Shown: piece after piece, positions 36,425 through 46,087 of the stretch
Numbering within the stretch: the stretch's first letter is position 1
Layout: every line of letters starts with the position of its first letter
Origin: an uncultured Pseudomonadota bacterium
GTDB lineage: Bacteria > Pseudomonadota > Alphaproteobacteria > JACZXZ01
Assembly (NCBI GenBank): GCA_963749075.1
Contig: CAVVLJ010000017.1
Location: 736,001-800,000 of the forward strand
Length of the DNA stretch: 64,000 nucleotides
Direction: 5' to 3'
Translations under genes and position numbers: made by a program
Notes under the pieces: generated by a model
Databases searched by the model: none
Told to the model about the DNA's origin: nothing
Seen by the model: the letters and a program-made list of their open reading frames with translations, nothing else

Positions 36425-37576
36425 ATGGGCCGTGTCGCAACATCTTGCCGGTGGCTGCTTGCCAAGATCGGCGACCGCAGGACGCAATTGCGCCTATGCC
36501 TGAGGGTGACGGTTGCGGCCTTGGCGTCTTTCGCCCTAGCGCAATTCCTGACCGTTCCTCTCGCGGGCTTGTGGGTGGTGCTGACGGCAGTCGTCGTGAC
36601 CCAAATGAGCCTCGGCGCCTCGCTGAAGGCGACGATCGAATATTTCGTGGGAACGCTCGGCGGCGCGGTTTACGCCGCCGCCGTCGCCGCCCTCGTCCCG
36701 CACCACGATGAAATCTCCGTCTTGGCCGTGCTCGCGCTTGCAGTGGCACCGCTTGCGCTGCTCGCCGCCGCGAATCCGCATTTTCGCGTCGGCCCGTTCA
36801 CGGCCGTCATCGTGGTTCTAGGGACGACGGCCACCCACAACGACCCGATCGTCTCGGCATTCTATCGCGTGCTCGAGGTGGCCCTCGGCGGTGGCACCGG
36901 CCTCGTGGTCTCCTTTCTGGTGCTCCCGGCGCGTGCGGATGTCCTGGTGATCGCGGCCGCGGCCAACATGCTCGATCTCCTCGCGCGGGCTTTGCCCGAG
37001 CTGTTCGCCGGCTTTACCCGGGCTCGCGATGCAGCGGGTGCCCTACGGGTCCAGAACAGGATCAGAGCCGCGTTCGCGCGCGTCGACGCAGCCGGCGCCG
37101 AGGCCAAGCACGAGAAGATGACCTATCTTGCGGCGCAGCCGGATCCGGGGCCGCTGCTGCGCACGCTCCTCCGCCTGCGTCACGATCTCGTCATGATCGG
37201 ACGGGCGGCAGCCGTGCCGCTCCCGGAGCCGTTCCAGGCGCTGCTCGGACCGCTGCTTGCGCGCCTCGTCGAGGCCCTGGCCGATTATCTGCGTGCCGGC
37301 AGCACGGCGCTGATCGCACGCCGCAGCGCACCTCAGCTCGACGCGGTCGAAGCCGCGTTGGATGCCTATGCTGCCGCGGTCGCCGCCGCGCGCCGCGAAG
37401 GATCGACGCGGGATTTGCCCGGCGATGCGGTGGAGCGCATCTTCGCGCTCGGTTTCGCGCTCGAGCAGCTTCGCCAGAATTTCATCGACCTTGCGCGCTG
37501 CGTAACTGATTTTGCACCATCGAACGCCGTCTCCATGCGCAAAATCGACCCGAGGCCGGACCAGTCACCGCGATAG
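36425..37576 (+). CDS. FUSC/aromatic acid exporter family membrane protein
   Basis: WVVLTAVVV, GTLGGA, RVLEVALG; six TM helices followed by a helical domain. Confidence 0.8.
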   Translation: MGRVATSCRWLLAKIGDRRTQLRLCLRVTVAALASFALAQFLTVPLAGLWVVLTAVVVTQMSLGASLKATIEYFVGTLGGAVYAAAVAALVPHHDEISVLAVLALAVAPLALLAAANPHFRVGPFTAVIVVLGTTATHNDPIVSAFYRVLEVALGGGTGLVVSFLVLPARADVLVIAAAANMLDLLARALPELFAGFTRARDAAGALRVQNRIRAAFARVDAAGAEAKHEKMTYLAAQPDPGPLLRTLLRLRHDLVMIGRAAAVPLPEPFQALLGPLLARLVEALADYLRAGSTALIARRSAPQLDAVEAALDAYAAAVAAARREGSTRDLPGDAVERIFALGFALEQLRQNFIDLARCVTDFAPSNAVSMRKIDPRPDQSPR

Positions 37577-37593
37577 CGGCAGAGCCCCGGACC

Positions 37594-38802
37594 TTACTCG
37601 CCGTCCCCCGCTGCGGGCGCCGCGCGCCGCTCGAGCACGACGGCGAGCACGAGCACCGCAAGCATGATCGCGGCACCCGCGATATAGGGCCCGTTGCGCC
37701 CGGCCAAGGTGAAGACGGCGCCGGCGAAGGTGGGGCCGAGGATGCGCGCGAGGCTGGCGGCCGATTGCGAGATGCCGAGCACGCTGCCGAGCGTGCGCCG
37801 ATCGGCCGCGAGCGAGATGAGGCTGCTGAGCGAGGGGTTGCTGATGCCGCCGCCATAGGCCACGAGCCCCATGGCGACGAGGAGGAGCGGCAGGGCGTGC
37901 GCGAGCGGAATGAGCGCGAGGCCGAGCGCGAACGCGAGGGCGCCTTGGATCAAGAGACGCCGCTCGCCGAAGCGCTTGGCGAGCGGGCGCATCAGGCCGC
38001 CCTGCACGAGGGCCGAGAGCACGCCCGCGTAGGCGAAGAGGTAGCCGTTCTGCGTAGCACCCCAGCCGAAGGCGCGCTCGGACCACATGGCGAAGGTGGC
38101 CTCGAGGCCTGCAAAGGCGAAGGTCACCAGGAAGAAGAGCATCACGAGCAGCCTGAGCTCGCCGTGGCGCCAGGCGGTGACGAGGATCTGGATGCGCCCG
38201 GGGCGCGAGGTCCCTGCCGCGGCCCTGCGCGCCTCGGGATCGAGCGACTCCTTGAGGAAGGCCGCGGCAAAGAGCAGGGCCGCGAGCGAGAGCGCCGCCG
38301 AGGTCAGCGCCGGCGCCAGCACGTGTGGATCGTGCGGATCGGCGCCTGCCAGCACGCCGCCCAGCGCCGGCCCGACGATGAAGCCGAGTCCGAAGGCGGC
38401 GCCCACGAGGCCCATGCCCTGGGCGCGGCGCTCGGGCGGTGTTACGTCCGCGATATAGGCCTGCGCGGCCGCGATGTTGCCCGCCATGATGCCGGCCATG
38501 GCGCGCGCTGCAAGGAGTGCCACGAGGCTGTCGGCGAGGCCGGTCCACACGTAGGAGAGCGAGATGCCGGCGAGGCTTACCAGGAGGATGGGCTTCCGCC
38601 CATAGCGGTCGCTGAGGCGGCCCCAGACGGGTGCGGAGAAGAATTGCATGAGCGAATAGATCGCCATCACCAGCGTCACGAGCTCGGGTCCGGCGTGGAA
38701 ATGCTCGGCATAGAACGGCAAGAGCGGGATGACGACGCCGAAGCCGACAAGATCGACGAAGACCGTGAGGAAGATGGCGATGAGCGGGCTGATGCGGTTC
38801 AT
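37594..38802 (-). CDS. MFS transporter (TetA/DHA1-like)
   Basis: GRLSDRYGRKP motif A, AYIADVT, GFIVGPALGG motif C. Confidence 0.9.
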   Translation of the reverse strand: MNRISPLIAIFLTVFVDLVGFGVVIPLLPFYAEHFHAGPELVTLVMAIYSLMQFFSAPVWGRLSDRYGRKPILLVSLAGISLSYVWTGLADSLVALLAARAMAGIMAGNIAAAQAYIADVTPPERRAQGMGLVGAAFGLGFIVGPALGGVLAGADPHDPHVLAPALTSAALSLAALLFAAAFLKESLDPEARRAAAGTSRPGRIQILVTAWRHGELRLLVMLFFLVTFAFAGLEATFAMWSERAFGWGATQNGYLFAYAGVLSALVQGGLMRPLAKRFGERRLLIQGALAFALGLALIPLAHALPLLLVAMGLVAYGGGISNPSLSSLISLAADRRTLGSVLGISQSAASLARILGPTFAGAVFTLAGRNGPYIAGAAIMLAVLVLAVVLERRAAPAAGDGE

Positions 38803-39081
38803 GCGGACTCTGCTGCGGCCGCGTCCTTCTCGGGACGCGTCATGGCGAGCCAAGGGGCTACTCGCTTGGCGGGGGCTTGGCAAGCGCCGATGGACAGCCG
38901 GCGCGGAAATGCCGCGACGGCTTCACCTTTGCTCGGTACCGTACTAACCGATGTCAGGTAACGGCGCTCCCTCGTAAGGTCTCTTCGAGGGCGGCGCTGG
39001 CGGGGACGCAGAATTCCGCCCTCTCCCTTCGAGGGGGACGGTCACGGAGCCGGGCGCGCCGTGCACCCGTATGCGGCTGCC

Positions 39082-39774
39082 TCAGCGCGTGCTCGAGAAC
39101 GGCCAGGTCGAGCCGCTCGGGCTCGAGCCGGCGGCAGGGGCTGCCGGCTGCGGTGCCGCAGGCGCGCTCGGCGCCGGGGCGGCCGCGGGCGGAGCCGCGG
39201 GCTGAGGCGGCTTGGGCGCCTGGGCGACCACGGGCTTGGGTGCCGGAGGCATCGCGGGCTTGGGCGCCGGAGGCATCGCGGGCTTGGGCGCCGGAGGCAT
39301 CGCGGTCTTGGGCGCCGGAGGCATCGCGGGTTTCGGCGCCGGGGACATCGCAGGCCTCGGCATCGGGGGCATCGCGGGCCTGGGCGCCGCGGCAACCGGC
39401 GGCCTTGGGGCCAGCGCAACTGCCGGCTTCGGCGCCGGGGCAACGACCGGCTTCGGTGCGGGTGCCGCCTTCGCGACGGGCGCCGTCTTCACCTTGGCAA
39501 CCTTCTTCGGCGCCGGCTTCTTTGCCAGCTTCTTGGCCGGCTTCTTCGCGGGCTTCTTCGCCTTCACGACCCGCTTCACCGCCGCCTTGCGCGGTGCCGC
39601 CTTCTTGGCTCTCTTCGCGGCTACCCGCTTGCGGGCGGGCTTGCGCACCGGCTTCTTCGCGGTGCGGCGTGCGCTCGTGCGGCGCGCGGCCTTGCGGGCG
39701 GCCGGCTTCCCGGCGCGGCTCTTGGACTTCTTTGCCGCCGTTTTCGTCTTTTTCCGACGTGTTGTCTTTGCCAT
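39082..39774 (-). CDS. Histone H1-like Lys/Ala/Pro-rich protein
   Basis: GAGGGAG RBS; repeated KKPA/KKAA, Pro-rich repeats, C-terminal WPF. Confidence 0.7.
   Translation of the reverse strand: MAKTTRRKKTKTAAKKSKSRAGKPAARKAARRTSARRTAKKPVRKPARKRVAAKRAKKAAPRKAAVKRVVKAKKPAKKPAKKLAKKPAPKKVAKVKTAPVAKAAPAPKPVVAPAPKPAVALAPRPPVAAAPRPAMPPMPRPAMSPAPKPAMPPAPKTAMPPAPKPAMPPAPKPAMPPAPKPVVAQAPKPPQPAAPPAAAPAPSAPAAPQPAAPAAGSSPSGSTWPFSSTR
39231..39374. repeat. 24-bp in-frame tandem repeat, 6 copies (AMPPAPKP)
   Basis: Unit CGGGCTTGGGCGCCGGAGGCATCG, four near-identical copies plus two degenerate ones. Confidence 0.85.
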
Positions 39775-39963
39775 TTTCGTGCACTCCCTCTTTGTCGCGA
39801 ATGCTCGGCTCCGTTGCAGCCGTGCAGTCGCATCCTCTAGATGCCGCGACTTGTGACAGAAGTAAAGCTTGCTGATTATTTTGCCGGCGGAACGATCCGC
39901 CGGCGCTGGACTTGGGTGCAGCGCAGCAATCTATCTATTTGAAACTATTACATTTCCAACGCG

Positions 39964-42900
39964 CTAGACGGCCGCGGCGGCGCGCCGCAGGGTGATCGCG
40001 ACGGGCTTGCCGTCGAGCTCGTGCTCGCTTCTGAAGCCCTCGGTGCCCCGCTCGGCGGGGACGAGGGTGAGGGCGAGCGCCAGCGTCTCCTCCGCGATGA
40101 AGCGGCGGTGGCTCTCGACGGCGGCGGCGAGCTCGGGGGGCAGGGAAAGGGCGAGCTCGATGCGGTCGGAGACGTGCAGTCCCGCCTCCTTGCGCGTGGT
40201 CTGGATGAGGCGCACGAGGTCGCGCGCCAGCCCTTCGGCCTTGAGCTCGGGCGTCATTGTCACGTCGAGGATGACGGCACCCCGGCCCTTGAGGCTGAGC
40301 GCCGACTGCCCCTCGGGTACTGCGAGGCGGAGGGTGAAATCCTCGCCCGCGAGCGTGTGGCCCGCGGCCGCGACCGTGCCGTCGCCGTTGTCGCGCCAGG
40401 CGCCGGCCTTGGCGGCGGCGAGCACCTCCTTGACCGCCTTCCCGATGCGCGCGCCGATCTTGGGATTGACGTGGAGCTCGAGGCGGCCGAACTTGCCGAT
40501 CTCCGCGTCGAACTCGACGCGCTTCACGTTGACCTCGTCCTCGATGAGGTGGCGGAAGGCGGCGAGCCGCTCGGCCATGGGGGTCGCCACGATCATCGCC
40601 GAGAGCGGCAGGCGGACCCGGAGATTGTGCTGCTCGCGGATGGCGAGCGCCGCCGAGCAGATGTCGCGCACCCGGTCCATGGTCTCGACGAGCTCCTCCT
40701 CGGCGGGGAAGGCGCTCACCTCCGGCCACAGGGCGAGATGCACGCTCGTCTCGCCGGTCAAGCCGCGATAGACCGTCTCGCTGAGATAGGGGACGAGCGG
40801 GGCCACCGCACGCAGGAGCGTCGTCAGCACGGTATAGAGCGTGTTGTAGGCGGCGAGCTTGTCGCGGTCGCGGCCGGCGCGCCAGAAGCGCTCGCGGCTC
40901 CTCCTGATGTACCAGTTGTTGAGCGCGTCGAGGAAGCGCACCACGGCGGCCGAGGGAGCGGGGATGTCGTAGGCGTCCAAGTGGCTCTCGATATCGAGCA
41001 CGAGGGCGCGCGTCTTGGCCAGGATGTAGCGGTCGAGGACGTTCTCCGCCTCGCTCACGAGCTCAGCCTTGATGCCGTCCGCATTGGCGTAGAGTGCAAA
41101 AAAGTAATAGGCGTTCCAGATCGGCTTGAGGACGTGGCGCTGCACCTCGCCGATGGCGCGGCCGTCCTTGGGAATGGCGAGGTCGCCGCCGGACAAGAGC
41201 GGCGAGGAGACGAGATACCAGCGCAGCGCGTCGGCGCCGTAGGTGTCGAACATCTCGAGCGGGTCGGGATAGTTCTTGAGCCGCTTCGAGAGCTTCTGGT
41301 GGTTCTCGTCGAGCACCACCCCATGGCAGAGGCAATTCTTGAACGGCACCTTGTCGAAGAGGGCGACCGCCAGCACCACGAGGGTGTAGAACCAGGCGCG
41401 CGTCTGCGCCACGTACTCGACGATGAAGTCGCCGGGGAAGTGGCTCTCGAACCACTCCTTGTGCTCGAAGGGGTAGTGCACCTGGGCATAGGGCATGGAG
41501 CCCGATTCGAACCAGCAGTCGAGCACGTCCTCGACGCGGCGCATCATGCTCTTGCCCGTGGGATCGTCGGGATTGGGCCGCACCAGCCGGTCAATGCCGG
41601 GCCGGTGGAGGTCCTGGGGCCGCACGCCGAAGTCGCGCGCGATCTCGTCGATGCTGCCGTAGACGTTGATGCGCGGGTAAGCGGGGTCGTCGCTGCGCCA
41701 CACCGGGATGGGCGAGCCCCAGAAGCGGTTGCGGCTGATGTTCCAGTCGCGCGCACCGGCGAGCCAATTGCCGAAGAGCCCGTCGCGGACGTGGCTCGGG
41801 ATCCAGTTGATGCCCTTGTTGAGCTCGACCATGCGCTCGCGGAAGTCGGTCACCTTGAGGAACCAGGCGTTGATGGCGCGGTAGATGAGCGGCGTGTCGG
41901 TGCGCCAGCAGTGGGGGTAGTTGTGCACGATGGTGTCCTGGCGCACGAGCACGCCCATGCGCTTCAGATCCTGGATGATCGGCTTGTTGGCGTCGAACAC
42001 GAGCTGGCCCTCGTAGGGCTTCACCTCGCTCGTGAAGCGGCCGGCGTTGTCGACGGGTACTACGATGGGAATGCCGTGCTTCGAGCAGAGATCGAGGTCG
42101 TCCTCGCCGAAGCCGGGCGCCATATGGACGATGCCGGTGCCCTCCTCGGTCGAGACGAAATCGCCGGCAAGCACGCGGAAGGCCCCTTCCGTCGCGGCGA
42201 AGAAGGGGAAGATCGGCTTGTAGGTGCGGCCCAAGAGGGCGCTCCCCTTGAGCGTGCCGACGCGCACCGCGTTGGCGAGCTGCTTCTCGTACTTGGGTGC
42301 CGCGGCCTCGGCGAGCGCGTAGCGTGCATCCTCCTCCTCGAAGACCGCGTAGTCGATGTCGGCGCCGACCGCGAGTGCGAGGTTCGAGGGCAGGGTCCAG
42401 GGCGTCGTCGTCCAGGCGAGGAGCTTCAGGGGCTTCGTCTCGCCCGGCAAGGAATCGAGGGTGAAGGCGACGGTGACGGCCGGATCCTGGCGCTCGCGGT
42501 AGGCATTGTCGAGGCGCGTCTCGAAGTTGGAGAGCGGCGTCTGGATGGCCCAGGAATAGGCGACGACGCGGTAGCCCTCGTAGATGAGGCCCTTGTCCCA
42601 GAGGGTCTTGAAGGCCCACATGACGCTCTCCATGAAGGAGAGGTCGAGGGTCTTGTAGTCGTTCTTGAAGTCGACCCAGCGCGCCTGGCGCGTGACGTAC
42701 TTCTCCCACTCCTTGGTGAAGCGCAGCACCGAGGTGCGGCAGTGATCGTTGAAGCGCTCGATGCCGTACTCGAGGATCGCCGGACGGCCGGAGATGCCGA
42801 GCTCCTGCTCGGCGGTGAGCTCGGCCGGCAGGCCGTGGCAGTCCCAGCCGAAGCGCCGCTCGACGCGTCTTCCCCGCATGGTCTGGTAGCGGGGGACGAT

Positions 42901-43176
42901 GTCCTTGACGAAGCCGGTGACGAGGTGGCCGTAGTGCGGCAGGCCGTTGGCGAAGGGCGGGCCGTCGTAGAAGACGAACTCGTTGTGCTTGCCGCCGCGC
43001 ATGGCCGGGCGCTCCGCGACCGAGCGCTCGAAGATCTGCTCGCGCTGCCAAAAGGCGAGGATCTCCTCCTCCATGGCGGGGAAGCTCGGGTTGGGCTCGA
43101 GCTCCGGATAGGGCTTGTCGCCTGCCCTCTTCGCGGCGCTCTCGGCTGCGGCGGCGGTGCTCTCAGGCGCGGTCAT
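39964..43176 (-). CDS. ileS: Isoleucine--tRNA ligase, type 2 (IleRS2)
   Basis: DGPPFANGLPHYGH, GWDCHGLP, WTTTPWTLP, KLSKR; C-terminal EGLARDLVR..Q..RK..SDRI with no IleRS1 zinc finger. Confidence 0.95.
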   Translation of the reverse strand: MTAPESTAAAAESAAKRAGDKPYPELEPNPSFPAMEEEILAFWQREQIFERSVAERPAMRGGKHNEFVFYDGPPFANGLPHYGHLVTGFVKDIVPRYQTMRGRRVERRFGWDCHGLPAELTAEQELGISGRPAILEYGIERFNDHCRTSVLRFTKEWEKYVTRQARWVDFKNDYKTLDLSFMESVMWAFKTLWDKGLIYEGYRVVAYSWAIQTPLSNFETRLDNAYRERQDPAVTVAFTLDSLPGETKPLKLLAWTTTPWTLPSNLALAVGADIDYAVFEEEDARYALAEAAAPKYEKQLANAVRVGTLKGSALLGRTYKPIFPFFAATEGAFRVLAGDFVSTEEGTGIVHMAPGFGEDDLDLCSKHGIPIVVPVDNAGRFTSEVKPYEGQLVFDANKPIIQDLKRMGVLVRQDTIVHNYPHCWRTDTPLIYRAINAWFLKVTDFRERMVELNKGINWIPSHVRDGLFGNWLAGARDWNISRNRFWGSPIPVWRSDDPAYPRINVYGSIDEIARDFGVRPQDLHRPGIDRLVRPNPDDPTGKSMMRRVEDVLDCWFESGSMPYAQVHYPFEHKEWFESHFPGDFIVEYVAQTRAWFYTLVVLAVALFDKVPFKNCLCHGVVLDENHQKLSKRLKNYPDPLEMFDTYGADALRWYLVSSPLLSGGDLAIPKDGRAIGEVQRHVLKPIWNAYYFFALYANADGIKAELVSEAENVLDRYILAKTRALVLDIESHLDAYDIPAPSAAVVRFLDALNNWYIRRSRERFWRAGRDRDKLAAYNTLYTVLTTLLRAVAPLVPYLSETVYRGLTGETSVHLALWPEVSAFPAEEELVETMDRVRDICSAALAIREQHNLRVRLPLSAMIVATPMAERLAAFRHLIEDEVNVKRVEFDAEIGKFGRLELHVNPKIGARIGKAVKEVLAAAKAGAWRDNGDGTVAAAGHTLAGEDFTLRLAVPEGQSALSLKGRGAVILDVTMTPELKAEGLARDLVRLIQTTRKEAGLHVSDRIELALSLPPELAAAVESHRRFIAEETLALALTLVPAERGTEGFRSEHELDGKPVAITLRRAAAAV

Positions 43177-43313
43177 GGCTCGAATGCGTCCCAGGAATGC
43201 GTTATTTAGGTCGCTTTGCGCGTTTCACATAGCCCGTGGGGCGCTGGGATGTAAAGCATGCTGACCGAGGAACGGCGATTGGCGGCAAGCGTCCGCGGGA
43301 TTATATTCCCCGC

Positions 43314-43538
43314 ATGAGGCACCTTACATTCCCAATCGTCATCGAAGGCGACGCCGACGGTTATTTCGCGTCTTGCCCGGCCCTTCAGGGTTGCTACAGC
43401 CAAGGCAGCACGCACGAGGAAGCCGTGCGGAATATCAGGGACGCCATACGCCTGCATGTTGCGGACCGCATCGCTGATGGCGAGGAGATCTCCGAGCCTG
43501 TTTCCGTGAGCCTTTCCACGGTCGAAATCGCTGTGTGA
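43314..43538 (+). CDS. hicB: HicB family antitoxin (short form)
   Basis: YFASCPALQGCYSQGSTHEEAVRNIRDAI. Confidence 0.85.
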   Translation: MRHLTFPIVIEGDADGYFASCPALQGCYSQGSTHEEAVRNIRDAIRLHVADRIADGEEISEPVSVSLSTVEIAV

Positions 43539-43786
43539 TGCCGAGGCTTAAGCACCTCAAGGCGAGCGAAATCGCCGCCGCCTTGGAACGGGTCGGGTTT
43601 GCGCTCGCGAGGCAAAGCGGCAGCCATAAGATTTACAAGAACGCCGCAGGCAGGCGCGCGGCTTGGACGGGTGCCTCAGGGCCACCCCTTCTGGCTCGAC
43701 TGGCTCAGGCGCAACCGATACTGAGCGCGCTTGGCCAGCGCTCTGTCTTTCCCCTGTACAAGGAGCGCCGGCTCGGGAATCAATGA
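43535..43786 (+). pseudogene. hicA: HicA toxin with the C-terminal half lost
   Basis: LERVGFALARQSGSHKIYK matches HicA; the expected VxVPxH and last helix are replaced by unrelated sequence after about 43660. Confidence 0.7.
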
Positions 43787-43819
43787 GCCGCGGACATTTC
43801 TAAGGCAGCAAGGTGCAGG

Positions 43820-44581
43820 ATGGCCGGCATTCTTCTCGAGCGCGAGGGCGTTACCGACGAGGAGCGGGCGGCCCATGCCCGTGCGATTGCCGCAACGGGG
43901 CGCGCGGCCTCGCTTCTGCGCGCGGCCGAGCTCAAGGCCAAGGTGGGTGCCGAGAAGCTCGGCAAGGCCCTCCAGTTCCCCGGCACGGCGCTCAGCGACC
44001 GCATCGTCGAGCCCGGCCCCTTCTCGCTCAAGATGGCGGCGGGCGATCATCTCCGCATCATCGATCTCGAGGGCCAGCAGGCGGTCGATTTCCTCGTCTA
44101 TGACGCGGCCGACGAGGAGAACCGCTACAACGCCGCCAACACCGTCAAGCTCAACCGCTCGATCTACATCGGCGCCGGCTTCAAGCTCTATTCCGATCTG
44201 GGCGAGGTGCTGATGACCGTGGTCGAGGACACGGTGGGCCACCACGACACGCTCGGCGGCTGCTGCAGCACGGAGGTCAATTACCGGCGCTACGGCATTG
44301 CCGGTACCGCGAGCTGCCGCAACAACTTCATCGCCGCACTCGCCGAGCACGGCATGCGCCCGCGCGACATCCCGGCCAACATCAATTTCTTCATGTACGT
44401 GCCGGTCAGGCCCGACGGCTCGACCGAGATCGCGGACGGCCTCTCGCAGCCCGGCGACTACGTCGATTTGCGCGCCGAGAAGGACGTGCTGGTGGCGATC
44501 TCGAACTGCCCACAGCTCTACAACCCATGCAACGGCTGGAACCCCACGCCCGTGCGCATCATCGAGTGGCGGCCGAAGTAG
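43820..44581 (+). CDS. Urea carboxylase-associated family protein (DUF1989)
   Basis: LRIIDLEGQQAVD, HDTLGGCC, CRNNF, NINFFM, SNCPQLYNPCNG. Confidence 0.88.
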   Translation: MAGILLEREGVTDEERAAHARAIAATGRAASLLRAAELKAKVGAEKLGKALQFPGTALSDRIVEPGPFSLKMAAGDHLRIIDLEGQQAVDFLVYDAADEENRYNAANTVKLNRSIYIGAGFKLYSDLGEVLMTVVEDTVGHHDTLGGCCSTEVNYRRYGIAGTASCRNNFIAALAEHGMRPRDIPANINFFMYVPVRPDGSTEIADGLSQPGDYVDLRAEKDVLVAISNCPQLYNPCNGWNPTPVRIIEWRPK

Positions 44582-44602
44582 AGGCTTCTAGGGCAAGGCG
44601 GC

Positions 44603-44679
44603 TGGTGGGCCCGGGTAGACTCGAACTACCGACCTCCCGCTTATCAGGCGAGCGCTCTAACCACCTGAGCTACGGGCCC
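44603..44679 (-). tRNA. tRNA-Ile (GAT)
   Basis: 77-nt cloverleaf: acceptor GGGCCCG/CGGGCCC, anticodon loop CTGATAA, TTCGAGT T-loop, encoded CCA. Confidence 0.97.
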
Positions 44680-44693
44680 CGTGGGGACGGCTG

Positions 44694-44723
44694 TTGCTAG
44701 ACCATGGCTAGTGCGGGTGTCAA
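44694..44723 (-). promoter_or_regulatory. Sigma70-type promoter for tRNA-Ile
   Basis: TTGACA-18 bp-TAGCAA on the minus strand just upstream of the tRNA. Confidence 0.5.
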
Positions 44724-44732
44724 GCGAGCCTC

Positions 44733-45467
44733 TCAGAGCTCCACCAGGAGGCCGTCCTCGGCAGCCTCGTGGGCGAGCTCGTGGAGCCTGCCGAGCATGT
44801 CGGCGCTCATGTGGGTCAGGATGGTGCGCTTGGGCCTGAGCGCGCCGAGATGCTCGAGGAGCGTGCGGTAGGTGAGGTGGAACTTGACCGGCTTCTCGAA
44901 GAAATAGGCCTCGGCGATGAAGAGGTCGGCGCCCTTCGCGGCCGGCACGAGCGCCTCCGTCCATTCCGTGTCGCCCGAATAGGCGATCACCTTGCCGCCC
45001 GCCTCGAGGCGCAGCGCGAAGGGCGGCGCCCCGCTCGGGTGGCGCACCTCGAAGGGCGTGACGGCGATGCCGTCGAGCATGACGCGCTCGCCCGGCACGA
45101 GCTCGACGATCTCGAGGGCGAAGCGCCGCTCCGCGCGCGAGGAGCCAGGGAAGAGCACTTCCATCGCCTGGGCGAGGCGCTCCCTGAGGCCGGGCGGGCC
45201 GGCGATGGTGAGGGGTGCCGTGCGCCGGCTCACCAGCTGCGCGTCGAGGATGACGAAGGGCAGCCCGCCGAAATGGTCGCCGTGCAGGTGGCTCACGAAG
45301 ATGGTGCGGACGGCGTTGGGCTCGACGCCGAAGCGGCGCATGGCGATGAGCGAGGAGGCGCCGCAGTCGACGAGGAAGCTCAGCCCCCCGCCCTCGACGT
45401 GGATGCAGGTGTTGAAGCGGCCGCCGCTGCCGAAGGCGTCGCCGCTGCCGAGAAAGCGCACGCGCAT
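44733..45467 (-). CDS. MBL-fold metallo-hydrolase (RNase Z-like)
   Basis: LGSGDAF, DCG, SHLHGDH, YSGDT, LTH. Confidence 0.88.
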   Translation of the reverse strand: MRVRFLGSGDAFGSGGRFNTCIHVEGGGLSFLVDCGASSLIAMRRFGVEPNAVRTIFVSHLHGDHFGGLPFVILDAQLVSRRTAPLTIAGPPGLRERLAQAMEVLFPGSSRAERRFALEIVELVPGERVMLDGIAVTPFEVRHPSGAPPFALRLEAGGKVIAYSGDTEWTEALVPAAKGADLFIAEAYFFEKPVKFHLTYRTLLEHLGALRPKRTILTHMSADMLGRLHELAHEAAEDGLLVEL

Positions 45468-45500
45468 GGGAGCATCCCTGGCATCATGGTGCGTGCGCGA

Positions 45501-45602
45501 TACCCCCCTCCCTACCCTCCCCCTCAAGGGGGGAAAGAAAGATAAGCAGGCTCGCTTAACTAACCCCCTCCCCCCTTGAGGGGGAGGGTTGGGGTGGGGG
45601 GT
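45501..45602. repeat. REP doublet (REPIN/BIME-like), copy B
   Basis: Same inverted units as at 28379 and 48191, with a different spacer. Confidence 0.85.
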
Positions 45603-45692
45603 CACGCAAGCCCAAGAGTCAGCCCTAATTATACCCCTCGCGCGACATGCGCGACATTGCCGCAGCGCCGGCCGCCCACTAAGCTTGCCGCC

Positions 45693-46067
45693 ATGCAATG
45701 GACCCTCGTCTTCGCGAGCGTGAGCGGCGTGGTGGCGGTCGCCTTCGGCGCCTGGTCGGCGCACGGCGCCGAGGCGGTGCTCGACGCCCGGGCGCTCGGC
45801 TGGGTGAAGACGGCGGTCGAGTACCAGGCCTGGCACACGCTCGCACTTCTCGGCGTGGGCGTGCTCATGACGGTCAAGCCTGGCCGCTTCCTGCCGTACG
45901 CCGCCGGCGCCTTTGCCTTGGGCATCGTGCTCTTCTCGGGCGGCCTCTATCTCCTCGCCTTCATCGGCGCTTCGTTCCTCGCCTACGCCGTCCCGCTCGG
46001 CGGCATCGCCATGATCGCGGGCTGGCTCTTCCTCGCGATCTACGCCCTGATGATCGACCGGCGTTAG
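45693..46067 (+). CDS. DUF423 (YgdD/TMEM256) membrane protein
   Basis: GAWSAH, TAVEYQAWH, GIVLFSGGLY, PLGG..MIAGW. Confidence 0.87.
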   Translation: MQWTLVFASVSGVVAVAFGAWSAHGAEAVLDARALGWVKTAVEYQAWHTLALLGVGVLMTVKPGRFLPYAAGAFALGIVLFSGGLYLLAFIGASFLAYAVPLGGIAMIAGWLFLAIYALMIDRR

Positions 46068-46087
46068 CTCATGGCCCTCAAATCCCG

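Noticed and set aside
39780-39960. ncRNA or terminator between ileS and the H1-like gene
   Set aside because: Short hairpins exist but match no RNA family I recognise and lack a correctly oriented U-tract
40021-43209. 1062-aa plus-strand ORF and similar long ORFs (251-2191, 3050-4879, 48171-50777, 51838-54372)
   Set aside because: Antisense or off-frame shadows of real genes in high-GC DNA, with no recognisable motifs
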